64,000 nt of DNA, taken from Eledone cirrhosa (Eukaryota). The translations under genes were made by a program, and so were the position numbers. The notes beneath the pieces are model-generated. The model saw only the letters and a program-made list of their open reading frames with translations, ran no database searches and was not told where the DNA came from. The stretch's first letter is position 1; the number at the start of each line of letters is the position of its first letter. The stretch is taken from positions 45,508,001 through 45,572,000 of the forward strand of contig OZ024744.1 of NCBI GenBank assembly GCA_964016885.1, given 5' to 3'. Below are positions 1 through 13,712 of this stretch, one piece after another.

Positions 1-944
1 TCAGCAGTGGGGGAGGGTGCTCTGAAAGTACAGTAGCTAGAGTCAGAACTGGATGGAAAAAGTTCAGAGAGCTTATACCACTATTAGCCGCTAAAGGGTT
101 CTCCCTAAAAATGAAAGGCAGGTTGTACGATGCCTGCATACAAACAGCAATGTTGCGTGGCAGTGAGACCTGGGCATTGTGTGCAGAGGATATACGCAGA
201 CTAGAGAGGAACGAAGATTGCATGCTCCGCTGGATGTAATAGTAATATACGTGAACGGCAAAGCATAAACGAACTAAGGAAAAAATTAGAAATAAGAGGG
301 ATCAGATGTTGTTTACTCGAGAGAAGGCTACGTTGGTATGGTCCCGTAATGCGCATGAAGGACGATAGCTGTATAACAAAGTGCAGGGCAATAAAGATAG
401 ACGGTAGCCACGGAATAGGCAGACCCAGAAAAACCTGGGACGAGCTGATAAATTCCGACCTCACACACTTACACCTCACCAAGACAATGTCACTGGACCG
501 AGATCTTTGGCGGTACTCAGTAATAGAGAAGACCCGCCTTACCTAAATACAAAGTAAAACCTACTACAGTCAGTAGGCATCTCTAACAAAATACACCCCC
601 GTCTCACCACCCCACTCCATCCACACCGCCCCTTTCAATGTAAAGTTATGTTGGTGCCACAACATCCAGGCCGAAACAAATGAGATCGTGTAGGTGTCAC
701 GTGAAAAAAACACACAGTTCACGCTGTAATGTGGCCGTGTAGGCAACACGGTAAAAACCTCCCAGCCCCACACTGTAAATGTGGTTGGTGTTAGGAAGGG
801 CATCCAGTTGTAGAAAACCCGCCAGATAGTCCTATGCGAGCAAGATAATCACTCTTGCCTCAAGTAGGAAAACCCCCGTCCAAACCCATGCAAGCGTGGA
901 ACACGGACGTTAAACGTTGATGATGATGATGATGATGATGATGA
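1..944 (+). mobile_element. RTE-clade LINE (family A), 3' end: ORF2 C-terminus, 3' UTR, (GAT)n tail
   Basis: Decayed ...RLRWYG..MRMKDD..GRPRKTW motif; 3' UTR with GGTGTTAGGAAGGGCATCC; (GAT)n tail at ~917-944; near-identical to 47590-48500 (-). Confidence 0.92.
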
Positions 945-1280
945 TACAAGGCGTGTACATATTCTGTTTTTCATGCACACTACAAAACCACATTTGTTTC
1001 ACCTTTTGGTTCATACACTGAGCTATAGATATTTGTGTCCCGCTAACTCTTACACTACAGAATGTTTTCTCTTTGATCACGCATTTCACAAATCGCATCC
1101 TCAAAACAATGGCCTTCTTTTTTCACGTACACATTCACTCAATAGCTCGAGAATGCCTCGCTATTTTTTTACGACATGCATTCGCTCAAGTCATATGCTG
1201 TGGAGCAAACTGTTACTTTTAGGCAGCATGCTTACGGCCTTTAAGTTCACACATTACGGTTATCTTCACTGCCCAGTTAG
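945..1280 (+). repeat. Direct duplicate of the Gypsy 3' untranslated segment at ~3035-3370
   Basis: Near-identical sequence offset by 2090 bp (ORFs 973 and 3063 give almost the same peptide). Confidence 0.9.
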
Positions 1281-2718
1281 TTTATGCGTTCCGTACCAAA
1301 CCTGATCGACATTCACCGAGAGAACTCCGACACCTGGATTTTGTCTCCCAATATTCAACGGATATTCGGCATATCAAGGGATCAGACAACGTAGCAGCCG
1401 ATGCCCTGTCCCGAATCCAGCTGAACGCAATACATGTGCATTCAGGCATCGACCTTCAACAGATCGCAGCTGACCAAGAGACTGACGAAGAGTTTATCAA
1501 ACTCCGAGATTCGCCATCCCTCAAGTTTCAGCAAGTTCCCATTCCTTCTTCTCCGGGACAAATTTGGTGCGACCTTTCTACCGGTCATGAACGACCGTAC
1601 GAACCACAGATGCATCGTCGACAAGTTTTTCTGCTTTACACTGCTTGTCTCACCTGGGAATCCGGGCTACACAGAAACTCATCTCTGCTCGTTTTGTGTG
1701 GACTAACATTAACAAGGACGTGCGCGACTGGTCCAGGAGCTGCATTGCCTGCCAGAAAGCAAAAGTCCACAGACACATCAAAACTCCACTCGGCACATTC
1801 GCGCAACCTGATGCACGTTTTCATCATGTGCATATCGACATCGTCGGACCTCTACCACCATCACAGAACTACACACACTTGCTCACCTGCATAGATCGAT
1901 TTTCTCGTTGGCCTGAGGCTTTTCCCATAAATGATACCTCAGCGGAAACAGTCGCTAAAATTTTGATTTTACACTGGGTATCACGTTATGGCGCCCCAGC
2001 GAAGATAACAATGGACAGAGGACGCCAATTTGACTCCCACCTCTTCAGGGAACTGACTCGCCTGTTAGGATGTAAACACAATCGCACGACAGCTTATCAC
2101 CCGCAAGCTAATGGTCTCGTGGAAAGATTCCATCGCCAATTGAAAGCTGCAATAAAAGCATATCCAGACAAGACCCACTGGTTTGAATACCTACCACTCA
2201 TCCTTTTGGCTATTCGATCCTCCGTTAAGGAGGAATTCGGACACACACCTGCAGAATTAGTGTACGGCACCACCCTGGTTCTACCTGGTCAGATGGTTGC
2301 TCCCATCTCTCAGGATGTTCCAGACCCAGGATCATATGTACACCGTCTTCGACAATATATGTCTCATCTTGCTCCTGCAAGCACCCGTCAACAGAACACG
2401 GCCACACACGTACCTTCAGACATTGATGATTGGACACACGTTTTCGTTCGAAACGACACCATCTCAGCTCATCTTCGACCTCCATATTCTGGCCCTTGTC
2501 GTGTTCTAAAAAAATATCCGAAATATTTTATTCTCGATCTAGATGGTAAACAGAATTCTGTCAGCGTGGACAGATTAAAAAAAGCCATCATGGATACTGT
2601 TACAGTCTCTACACCAGAAACTCCAACAGATTGCTGTCCCAGCGAGCCACCTGTTTCATCTCCAGTCACGAGAAGTGGACGACGCGTCCATTGGCCGCAA
2701 AGTTGGCACAATATGTGA
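1281..2718 (+). pseudogene. Ty3/Gypsy pol remnant: RNase H C-terminus plus integrase, frameshifted near 1630
   Basis: RHLDFVSQYSTDIRHIKGSDNVAADALSR (RNase H end); [14 protein letters not shown] zinc motif; [23 protein letters not shown] (DDE core); PPYSGP GPY/F-like motif. Confidence 0.95.
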
Positions 2719-3580
2719 ATTACCGTTAACCTCAAGTGATTTTCTTAATCATTCTTCGTGCAAAACATTTCCATTTTTCTTGTGTTTACTATTTCCAGTT
2801 TCAAATACAATGAACTTTCTGCTTGAACAATTGCAATTTTTAGTGACCATGTGCTCATGTCACGAAGAACGTTATTTATTATGAACATTATTTATTACAA
2901 ACACTATTTAAGAACAAACATTGTGTATATCATTGTGTATAACATTTTTTTTTTCTTCTCTCTCTTGTTTTGCAAAATTTGTATTTTTCTTGTTCTGTAA
3001 CATTGATTGTGTAATTGCCATAATTTTTATATACATACAAGGCATTACATATTCTGTTTTTCATGCACGCTACAAAACCACATTTGTTTCACCTTTTGGT
3101 TCATACACTGAGCTATAGATATTTGTGTCCCGCTAACTCTTACACTACAGAATGTTTTCTCTTTGATCACGCATTTCACAAATCGCATCCTCAAAACACT
3201 GGCCTTCTTTTTTCACGTACACATTCACTCAATAGCTCGAGAATGCCTCGCTATTTTTTTACCACATGCATTCGTTCAAGTCATATGCTGTTGAGCAAAC
3301 TGTTACTTTTAGGCAGCATGCTTACGGCCATTCAGTTCACACATTACGGTTATCTTCACTGCCCAGTTAGACTTTTTGTCACGTAATTCACAAGCAGCTC
3401 AACCGAAATTGCAACAGGCTCATTCATCACGCCTGGATAAATCTGGTCAAAGTCATTTTATAGTTTATTTCTTTTTTCTCTTCCTGACACACACATCTTG
3501 CCATATCATCTCTACATCGACTCTGTCCTGTACTCGATGATCACAACATTTCACAACGTGCTGGACACTCCTGGGGCTAT

Positions 3581-4163
3581 TGTCATGACAAATGCACCAC
3601 TGGCCCATTCCTATACGATATTTCGCTCTTTTGTTGTACAAAAGAACTGGCTAAGGTACAGCCACCGGAAATAACAGCTGTGAAATATACAGCGCCATCT
3701 ACCTTTTAGCTAGCTACTCAACGTGAAACAAAAGAACCCTTAGAACCTACCAGAATTAGAACCTACTAGAATTAGAACCTACCAGAATAAACGCCTACAC
3801 ATCGACTAAACAACAAAGGATTGTTCCTGTATAAATAGAGTGGTTCCTAACACTTTCGCTAGTCGACTTTTGGCAGAGTCAGCTAGCGCATCGTTGTTCC
3901 TTTACTCTGCCACGCTTTGTCACTCACACACGCATTGCCTTGTACCCCGTATCGTCGCTTCATGTGAAAATAAATAGCTGATCGAATTTACATCTCGCCT
4001 TGCTTCGTCCTTTCAACTTGTGCTCTCGTCTGTCCATCCTCAACAGTTCTTTTAAGGGCTATCTTCATATCTGATCAGACCGTATGCGATACCAGTCCTT
4101 CTAAGGACTATTCTCGGGTCTGATCAGAAGTAGTGACTAGACTGACCAACCAGCATCGCTACA
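3581..4163 (+). mobile_element. Gypsy 3' LTR (~583 bp)
   Basis: Starts TGT after a short GGGG PPT-like stretch (CTGGGGCTAT) and ends ACA; TATAAA at ~3829 and AATAAA at ~3969; 16-bp TTAGAACCTACCAGAA repeats; second copy at 34076-34574. Confidence 0.75.
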
Positions 4164-4622
4164 AATCTAATAACTGATTCCCTGTATTTGTAATGTTATT
4201 TGTATATATGCATGTAGGTGTCCCCTCGCATTGTTTCAATTGAGCCAAAATCAACTGAAAAGGGTAAGTTATAATTTTACCATCATCTACTAAGTTATTT
4301 AGTAATTTATCCTTTCTCTCTATATATAAATATATGTATATATATATACATATTCGGGGGACAGAGGGAGTTTGGTCCACTTGTGTTTGGACTGGGTGTA
4401 TATATGTATATATCAAAGATAATGAATCTAATAACTGTTTCCTGTATTTGTAAATTTATTTGTATATATAAATGTAGGTTTACTATGATTTTGTTTATAT
4501 ATTCTAGGTGACCATATTACAGTGTCCCCTCGCATTGCTTCAATAGAGCCAAAATCAACTGGAAAGGGTAAGTTATAATTTGAACATCATCTAAGTTATT
4601 CAGTAATTTATCCTTTCTCTCT
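4164..4622 (+). repeat. Micro-exon cassette repeat, 2 units; intact exon A at 4508-4567
   Basis: TTCTAG|60 nt|GTAAGT encoding [19 protein letters not shown]; the first unit has an internal deletion. Confidence 0.85.
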
Positions 4623-4623
4623 A

Positions 4624-5537
4624 TCATCATCATCATCGTTTAACGTCCATCTTCCACGCGTGCATGGGTTTGGACGGGAGTTTTCCCACTTGAGGCAAGA
4701 GAGGTTGTCTTGCTCGCATATGACTGTCTGGCGTGTTGTCTACGGCTGGATGGCCTTCCGAATAACAACCGCGTTTACAGTGTGGACTGGGAGGTTTTTA
4801 CTGTGTTACCTACACGGCCACATTACAGCGTGGACTGTGTGTGTTTTTTTAACATGACACCTACACAACCTCATTTGTTTCGGACTGGATGTTGTGGTAC
4901 CAACATAACTTTACAGTGAAAGGGGTGGTGTGGATGGGGTGGGGGTAGTGGGACGGGGTTTATTTTTATTAGAGTGCCTACTGACTGTAGTAGGTTTCAC
5001 TTTGTACTTAGGCAAGGCGGGTCTTCTGTATTACTGTGTAGCGCCAAAGATCTCGGTCCAGTGACATTGTCTTGGAGAGGTGTGTGAGGTCGGAATTTAT
5101 CAGGTCGCCCCAGGTTTTTCTGGGTCTGCCTACTCCGTGGCTACCGTCTATTTTTATTGCCCTGCACCTTTTAATACAGCTCTGTCGTCTTTCATGCGCA
5201 TCACGTGACCTTACCAACGTAGACTTCTCTCGAGTAACATCTGATCCCTCTTATTTCTAATTTTTCCCTTCGTTCGTTTATGCTTTGCCGTTCACGTATA
5301 TTACTATAACACATCCAGTGGAGCATGCAAACTTCGTTCTTCTCCAGTCTGCATATATCCACTGCACACAATGCCCAGGTCTCACTGCCATGTAACATTG
5401 CTGTTCATATGCACGAATCATACAGCCTGCCTTTCATTTTAAAAGACAACCCTTTAGCGGCTAATAGTGGTATAAGCTCTCTGAACTTTTCCCATCCAGT
5501 TCTGACTCTAGCTACTGTACTTTCAGAGCACCCTCCA
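4624..5537 (-). mobile_element. RTE LINE family A, 3' fragment
   Basis: (CAT)n tail at left; MLHGSETWAL and GRPRKTW motifs on the minus strand. Confidence 0.92.
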
Positions 5538-6072
5538 CGAATATACAAATAACATTACAAAAACAGGAAACAGTTAATACATTCATTATCTCTGATATAT
5601 ATATTTATATACACCAGTTCCAAACACAAATGGACCAAACCGCCTCTATCGCTGGCATATATATATATATACATTATATATAATATTATAGATGTAGCGA
5701 GATCTAGGCAAATTGATGTCTATTGAAACGTACGTTAGAACCGAATAAATCTCTTTTACTGCATCTTTCTGTTCTTTTTAATTCTTTATATATATATACA
5801 TATATTTATATATAGAGAGAAAGGATAAATTACTGAATAACTTATTAGATGATGTTCAAATTATAACTTACCCTTTTCAGTTGATATTTTCTCTATTGAA
5901 GCAATGCAAGGGGACACTGTAATATGGTCACCTAGAATATATAAACAAAATCATAGTAAACCTACATGTATATATACAAATAAATTTACAAATACAGGAA
6001 ACAGTTATTAGATTCATTATCTCTGATATATATACTATGTCCAAACACATATGGACCAAACTCCCACTGCCA
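5538..6072 (-). repeat. Micro-exon cassette repeat; intact exon A at 5872-5931
   Basis: Reverse complement of 43490-44017; exon DHITVSPCIASIEKISTEK. Confidence 0.85.
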
Positions 6073-6077
6073 TTTAT

Positions 6078-6445
6078 ATCATCATCATCATCATCATTTT
6101 ACATCCGCTTTTCCCTGCTTGCAAGGGTAGTACGGGAACTGAATCTGGCTTGATTTCTACAGCTGGATGCCCTTCCTAACACCAACCTCATTTACAGTGA
6201 GTGCTGGGTGCTTTTCTGCCGTGGCACGTCCACGACCACTTTGCAGTGGAATGATAGGGACCCCAGTCCCTATCATCTCATTTCTACAGCTGAGTAAACT
6301 GGAGCAATGTGAAATAAAGTGTCTTGCTCAAGGAAACAACACATCACCCGGTCTGAGAATTGAACTCACAACCTTTCGATTGTAAGGCCACTAAGCCATG
6401 TGCCTAACCACTAAGCCATGTGCTCTAACCACTAAGCCATGTGCC
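6078..6445 (-). mobile_element. tRNA-derived SINE with RTE-derived tail; A-box region triplicated
   Basis: A box TGGCTTAGTGG (3 tandem copies, 6389-6445), B box GAGTTCAATTC, (GAT)n tail; same family as 39877-40221. Confidence 0.88.
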
Positions 6446-6469
6446 TCTATATATATATATTTATATATA

Positions 6470-7906
6470 TAGTGAAAGGATTCAGGACGCCAACTGCTTA
6501 GATCCGTAAATATACATTTACTACTAAATGTTCTCCAATCATGGCAACAGTCCCTATAAAGCAAATTTATTCTTACATACACACGCACAGAGATCGCACA
6601 CACAGAACCTCACACTCACACAAACAGGGCTCACACACACTCAAAAAAACATCACCGGAGAAACACACCCAAACAGGTACACAATGAATTAATATACAAC
6701 CCAATATACCTATATGTATACATCAAATACACATAATACCAACATCACTTCACTTATATATGTACACACTATTTTATTCATTAGGTCCCCCATACACATT
6801 ACATAAACTTCCCTGTATACAAAAATATAATATAACGTCAATTTGATATTAATGTTGAAACAAGTGTAATAGTTTTCTGTACTCACTGGTAGGAATGGGC
6901 TTGAAATACAACTTACTTTCTTTTGATCCACCTCTTATGTGTGTGCCTGAGTCAGAGACAAAGATCTCTACAGGAGTCACACCTGGAAAAAAAATATACA
7001 GAAGAAAAGAATAATAAAAGCTAGAAGGTTTTCTTGAGAAGAGTTTGTTGTCAAGTTGAAGAAAGGGTAGAATGAGTTGTCATTTATTTAATCAACTAGA
7101 TCAAATTATATGGTTTGTTCTCTCAATGACATGCTTACTTATCCCACAAATATAAAACTTCCAAAAGGAGTAAAGTGTGGCTAGTCATATGTGGGATGTC
7201 TAGAATTATGAGAGAAATATTCTACAGTTTCCCACTGGTCCTGAAGATCAGATATATATAGTGATTTAACCAAATATTTAGGGTACTGGCTGATATAGTG
7301 GAGAAGAGGATGCAGCATATGAACAATGAAGGGTGACAAGAAATTGTGAAGAATTGTAGGATAAAGTTTTGATAAAGAAGAGAATACTGATCTCTGAAAT
7401 AATTCAATCTTACTCAATGAATCTAGTGTAACATTTATCTTCTTATTTGAACCAAATGTAATGTCATTCTTTCTCAGCTATCTCTGATAATGCCCTAAAC
7501 GAGTGTAGCTATACTTTTGTCATCATTACAAGGTCTTTGAGGAAGTCAATAAAATGTTTATTCTGGATTATGTTATGGGGTTTGTAATATAGACTTTGAT
7601 AGTGTTGACTGAATTAAGTAGTTATAAATTTACTATTGAAAACCTAAATAAAATACTGAATAACTTATTACATGATGTTTACATTATAACTTACTCTTTT
7701 GAGTAGTTTCAGGCTTCATTGCAGCACTGGGAGGGTACACAGTAATATGGTCACCTAGAATATATAAACAAAATCATAGTAAACCTACATGTATATATAC
7801 AAAAAACATTACAAATACAGCGAATCAGTTATTAGATTCATTATCTCTGATATATACATATATACACCAGGTACAAACACAACTGGACCAAACTCCCTGT
7901 GTCCCT

Positions 7907-7908
<2 letters not shown>
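6470..7908 (-). repeat. Long (~1.4 kb) cassette with exon B (7695-7754) and exon C (6917-6982)
   Basis: Both exons are AG/GT-flanked and phase 1-1: DHITVYPPSAAMKPETTQK and VTPVEIFVSDSGTHIRGGSKE; paralogous to 31560-33150 and 51708-53200. Confidence 0.85.
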
Positions 7909-7946
<38 letters not shown>

Positions 7947-8042
7947 AATGAAGTAATTCCGTTGGAAAAGTCTAGGAAAAAAGAGTGCTCTATGTAGGTA
8001 ACAGAGCTTAATAGTTATGTAATAAACAACATAAGGCAATTA

Positions 8043-8102
8043 TTCCATTTACCAGTGGTTTCTTAAAAGCAAAAGATTTTGCTTTCAATCCTCAGAATGA
8101 AA
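8043..8102 (-). ncRNA. Type I hammerhead ribozyme motif
   Basis: Reverse complement of 23801-23860: CTGAGGA, stem II, GAAA, ACCACTGGT stem III, GUA site. Confidence 0.75.
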
Positions 8103-10325
8103 AAATCCTGGTGTTTATTGAATTTGGATTTTAAAAACAAAAATGCAATCTATATGAAAGTGAGGCCGGAGAAGGAAGAAGGAAAGGAAAAATAAAATAA
8201 AACTACACATGCAAACACACACACAAAAACATGCACACACACACACAAAAGCATACATACACACACATATATATATATATAATTTTAACCTGCCTTATGA
8301 TCATGAAGTATTAACTAACATCCCTATGTCTTTCTTTTCTATCTTAGAGAAAAATTTCCCTCCTACTAATAAATACCATGGTATTTTTAATAAAAATGTA
8401 ATTAAACTATCATTCTCTACCACCCCTAATATTAGTTCTCATTTAGCTAGCACTAACAATAAGAAAATTAGGGACAGCTACTCCTCTTTGCGTACTACTA
8501 GTCTTGATAGATCCATTAATGCCTTACCACCTGAGCAGACCTTATCTTATAATAACCCTAGGAGTGATGCATCACTCATTCAGCCAGTCAATAGCACCCG
8601 GAGGTGTAACTGTAGAGTAAGTATTAACTGCCCTTTAAATGGTCACTGCCTCTCTAGGAACATTGTTTATGCTTGTGAAGTTAAGACTAATTCTTCTAAT
8701 AGAACATATATAGGTTCCACATCTAATACTTTTAAAACTAGGTTTAATTCTCATATCTCTAATTTTAAGCATGTTAAGTTCTTCTTTAGCACACCATATC
8801 TGGGATCTTAAAGGGGGTGGTATGCCATATAGCCTTAATTGGCGTATAGTAGCACGCTCTAATAACCTATCAACACACACTAAATTCTGTAATCTCTGTA
8901 TCCTAGAGACCCACTCTATAATTTTCTCTAGGGAAGTTTTGCTTAATAGAAAGTCAGATATTTTCTTCCTGCCCTCATGCCATTTCTAATTCTTTCTTCT
9001 ATTATAGACCTAAAAGTTCTGGTAGTTTAAATCGTATCCATTAGCTGCTATATTTCCTTATCTTTTTTGTTTAGGTTCATTTTGATTACCATCATCTTTA
9101 TTATTTATTTTTTACAGCTTTTCGATTTTAGTTTCCATAGTCTTTTGGCTACCATACCCTATTTATCTTCTTAAGCATTATTATAGTTTCACTACTAACA
9201 CCTTATGAGTTTATATCTTATTAAATACTTTGTTTGGAGTCTCATTCAACTAATGTACCTCCTCCTCTACACACTTAATATCCACCCCTTCTATTATACT
9301 ATATATAAATTTCACCTTTATGCTCCTTTTATGATATTATATAATATATTGATTTTTCTTTTATGCTCCTTCCTATCCTCCATAACCTCTCTTCTTTCTG
9401 TTCCCATTGGTCTACCATAGTTCTATTTAGAGTCCTTTTATTTGATAACGTCATTCGACTGAACGGAGCATATTTTACTCTATTCTTGATAATTTTATTG
9501 AATTATCTTAAACTTATACGTTTTTGATGACTTAAACTCTAGCCAATTTTGAAGTGACTAAATATGTATTTTAAATACTTTTAATATTAATTAGTTTTAA
9601 AAGGTTTTCTAGTCAATTCTCCGGTTTACATTTCTATTTTTTTCTTTTACTTAACCGCTTGTGACACCTAAGTAAATATACTTGTTTTTGTTTTTCGATC
9701 TTCGGTTTATTTTATTTATTTTTTTACTACCACACGCTGTTTGTCTGACCATGTAATTTCATTAATATATGTCTGTATGTCAACCACGTAAATATATATA
9801 TTAAGCATTTCCTTAGACTTTTGATATTAACGTTGTCATATCATATCATTTTTATGTAATCGTATTATAGATTTTAATATGTCTGTTATTTGAAGTACTG
9901 TACTGTTTTATTTTGTAATATTTTGTGATATTTTGGTAATATTTATGCCAATGTAAAATGACTTGACCTCCGTGTATTTGTTGCAATGGTATAGATATGT
10001 TTTCAACACAATTTTTTCAACACTATTTAGTTCTATATGATTTTTTCTTACCCTGTGTAAAACTTTATACTATTTGTTAACATTGAATTATATATATGAT
10101 GTAATTTTGTATATCTTTTGATGACAATATATTATAATATTGTTATTATAATGTTATTATAATGTTTTTATATTGTTTATGCACACTGACAGGGAATTAT
10201 ATATTATATTTTATTTTTATTTTTATCTTTATTATATTATACTGTAAACAATAGATATATAGATATATATTTAAATACTTAATAAGTGTTAGTTTGTGTT
10301 TGTACTAATGTGTATATGTATTGAG

Positions 10326-10356
<31 letters not shown>

Positions 10357-10436
10357 TTAAGCTTTTTATTATCACCATCTATTATATTATATTATATTAC
10401 ATATCGTACTGTAATTCTCGCATTATATTACCATTT

Positions 10437-10655
10437 GGTGGTGGATTGGCAGTATCGGTAGAGGGTGGTGGATTGGCAGTATCGGTAGAGGGTCGGACGT
10501 CATGCTTTCCAGCATAGTTACGTCCCTTTACGATCTGAGTTCAAATCCCGCCGAGGTTGACTTTGCCTTTCATCCTTACGGGGTCGATAAAATAAAGTAC
10601 CAGTAATGCACTGGGTAATTGCTGGCCTTGTGCCTAAAGTAGAAACAATTATATT
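10437..10655 (+). mobile_element. tRNA-derived SINE with Nin/Deu-like central domain
   Basis: GAGTTCAAATCC B box followed by GACTTTGCCTTTCATCCTTACGGGGTCGATAAAATAAAGTACCAG; 27-bp head duplication; relatives at ~18405-18460, 21235-21400 and 61180-61255 (-). Confidence 0.8.
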
Positions 10656-10877
10656 ACCATTTGTGTTTCAAGTTTTTGCATTATACAATATTTGCAATGT
10701 GGGTTCAACATGTTAATCACTTCCTTGCTATTTGGTCTATATCTATGTTTGTAACTGCTCACTCTTAATCTTAGCCAACTTTTCCTTGATATCTTTTCTA
10801 AGCTTTAATAGATGTATACTCCATATTCTTCTGAGTTTTTGGCTTGTATTGGCCGATAGTGCTTCTTGTAGCTTTAC

Positions 10878-10920
10878 TTGCCTTGATGAGTCCTTAATAG
10901 GACGAAACATTGTTGGCTAA
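10878..10920 (+). ncRNA. Minimal type I hammerhead ribozyme motif
   Basis: GCC-TTGATGA-GTCCT/TAAT/AGGAC-GAAA-CATTG-T-T-GGC: perfect stem II, C3U core variant, GUU site. Confidence 0.7.
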
Positions 10921-11092
10921 TAAAGACTTTTGATGTATTGAAGGCTTCTTTGGTTTATTTTTTATAATTCTTCGGCTCTGTTTAATTACATTGAGCTATA
11001 TCTTATACTGTCATTTCTATAATATGAAGAGGGTGTTTAACTCCAACACACTCTAGTATTTTAATTCTTATATATATATTTATATATATATT

Positions 11093-11125
<33 letters not shown>

Positions 11126-12759
11126 GCAAAGTTTTATTTAAATTGTTGGGTTACAACGAGTAAATATTTATAACTGATATAAAAGCACTCAACAAGTATT
11201 TGGAGTATATTTACGATATTAAATAAATGGAAACTATATTTATAAAACCATATTTATTTCATTATATATATTTTAGGGATATCATATTAAAAATATGGTA
11301 TGCCTTCATCAGACAAAATACAATATAAACAGTCTTATAAATAGATAGATTTGACATACCTTACAACTTCAACTTCCATTTAAAAAGTTGATTTGGTAGA
11401 GAAAAATGTTAGGGACAGTTATAAAAAGAAAGAAAGAAAGAAAGCGAAGAAAAAGAAGAAATGCATGCAACGAAAAACAGAGAGAGATAGATATAGAGAG
11501 ATAGATAGAGAGAAGAAATTCATGTAAAGAAAAAAACAGAGAGATAGAGAGAGAAAAAAACACAGAGGGAGATAGATAGAGAGAGAGAGAGAGAAAAAAT
11601 AGAGAGAGATAGATATAGATAGAGATAGAGAGAGAGAAAATAGGTAGTTGGGCACCAGTTGAATGACGTATCAATGATATATTTATTTATTTATTTATTT
11701 TGTTCTAGTATTAAGGTATAGAGAGATATATGTGGTTAGGAGAGAAAACAGCCGTTACATAGAGAGAAAAGAAAAATATCCAGAGATAAACGAGGCAGAT
11801 TTAAAACATTATGTTTCATCAATCTAAAAATATCAATTCGTATGAATTAGGTATTATAATGTAAATATCAGTATTCATGAATGAGACACGTATCAATAAT
11901 GTGTGAAAAATAATGATCATATGTCTAGTTTAAAATTCCTAGGTTTATAATCCGAATTGAGCTAAAAAACTGAGATAAAAAACTGAGATAAAAAAACTGA
12001 GATAAAAAACTTCAAAAAAAATTGAAATACATAAGTATATATGCACTTTCATGAAAAAAGAAAAAGAAAATAGAAGGTTATCCCAGATTCGATACTATAG
12101 ACTTCCATGTGAATTTACGTGATCGACTCTGCAAATTCCTATTTCACATGAAAACATTCTCATTGTGCTATAAAAATTCTAGTATACATATATGTGTACA
12201 TACACACAAATATATATAGAATCTACATTAATTTTAACAATACTATTCTTGTCTTTACTCTACATGATTATCGTTCAAGCATAAATAGACAACAGATATC
12301 AATATATCAATAAAAATATAAAAAAATTAAAAAATATTAAAAAATATTAAAAATAAAACACAGTATGCCCCGCAAATCAACCACAGAAATCAACCCTTCA
12401 AAATTAATTGACAATATATTGCCAAGTTCATTATAAGCATCAGAATCAAAAGCAAACAAAACCAAAATTATTTACCAAATCCTGTCTAGCAGAAATCATT
12501 CCAAAAGTTTATGATACCCATTTGATCTATAGATGGTCTTATATTTATTATAGAAGTTTATCTAGTGTAAAATTTATTCGATATATTTGGAGCATCAGCT
12601 TTTAGGGTAGTTTAATTATTCATGAAGAATGTTTAAAAAAGAAATCGAAAGAATTATCGGCGAGTTTCATAAATAATTACAAATCATAAGTAAATATACT
12701 ACATTTTAAATTTATATTTATATTTAAAAGTTGAGTTCAATCTATGTCTGCAGCAACTA

Positions 12760-12765
12760 TATATT

Positions 12766-12853
<88 letters not shown>

Positions 12854-13059
12854 CACTCATACATACACACATACACATATATACACACATATGTGTATAT
12901 AAATATACACATACATATACACATATATACATACGCACATAAATATCAACACATCCATACATACACATACATATATACACCCACACACACATATATACAC
13001 ACATACATACACATAGAAACATAAATATAAATACATATACATACACACATATACATACA

Positions 13060-13105
<46 letters not shown>

Positions 13106-13681
13106 GTGTACAAGCATACACATACACAAACATAGCCATACACACATACATATACATACATGCACACAATCATACATATATACACACGTACATACATACA
13201 CATACATAAATGCACTCCTCTACATATTCACACACGCAAATAAATATAAGAAAAAATATATATATAAAAAAAATGTTGACAGCGATACAAACGGTGGATA
13301 GCTGGACAGACACGCGTGGTAAGTAATACACACAAATGCACGTATACATACGTACGAATTAGTAAATACATACACACACTCTCACACATAAATATACATA
13401 TACATACACATACAAAAATACATGCACAAACACCCACACGCACACGTATACAATTATACACACACATATGTAATATATATATATATATATATATACATAA
13501 ATATAAAAATACACACACACATATATGTATACATACATACACACACACATATACATACATAGCTATACAATTATACACATACAAATACGTACATATCATA
13601 AACACGCACAACCAAATACACACACACGCACAACCAAATACACACACACGCACAACCAATTACACACACACACACACACCC

Positions 13682-13712
<31 letters not shown>
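12760..13712. repeat. Compound (TA)n/(CA)n/(TACA)n microsatellite with a short unique core; partly duplicated in inverted form at 22920-23600
   Basis: Direct inspection; the core 13200-13370 is the reverse complement of 23050-23215. Confidence 0.9.

Larger units (their letters stand above)
8281..11068 (+). mobile_element. Penelope-like element, 5'-truncated: GIY-YIG region (8281-~9040) plus long AT-rich 3' region ending near a hammerhead
   Basis: CNCR..CPLNGHCL, IVYACEV...TYIGSTSNTFKTRFNSH, CNLCILE motifs with a frameshift; hammerhead at 10878; 3' boundary is approximate. Confidence 0.8.

Noticed and set aside
973-1305. Duplicated 107-110 aa ORF (also 3063-3386) as an env-like extra Gypsy gene
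   Set aside because: No recognisable motif, and the first copy's ATG-to-stop span depends on the duplication junction.
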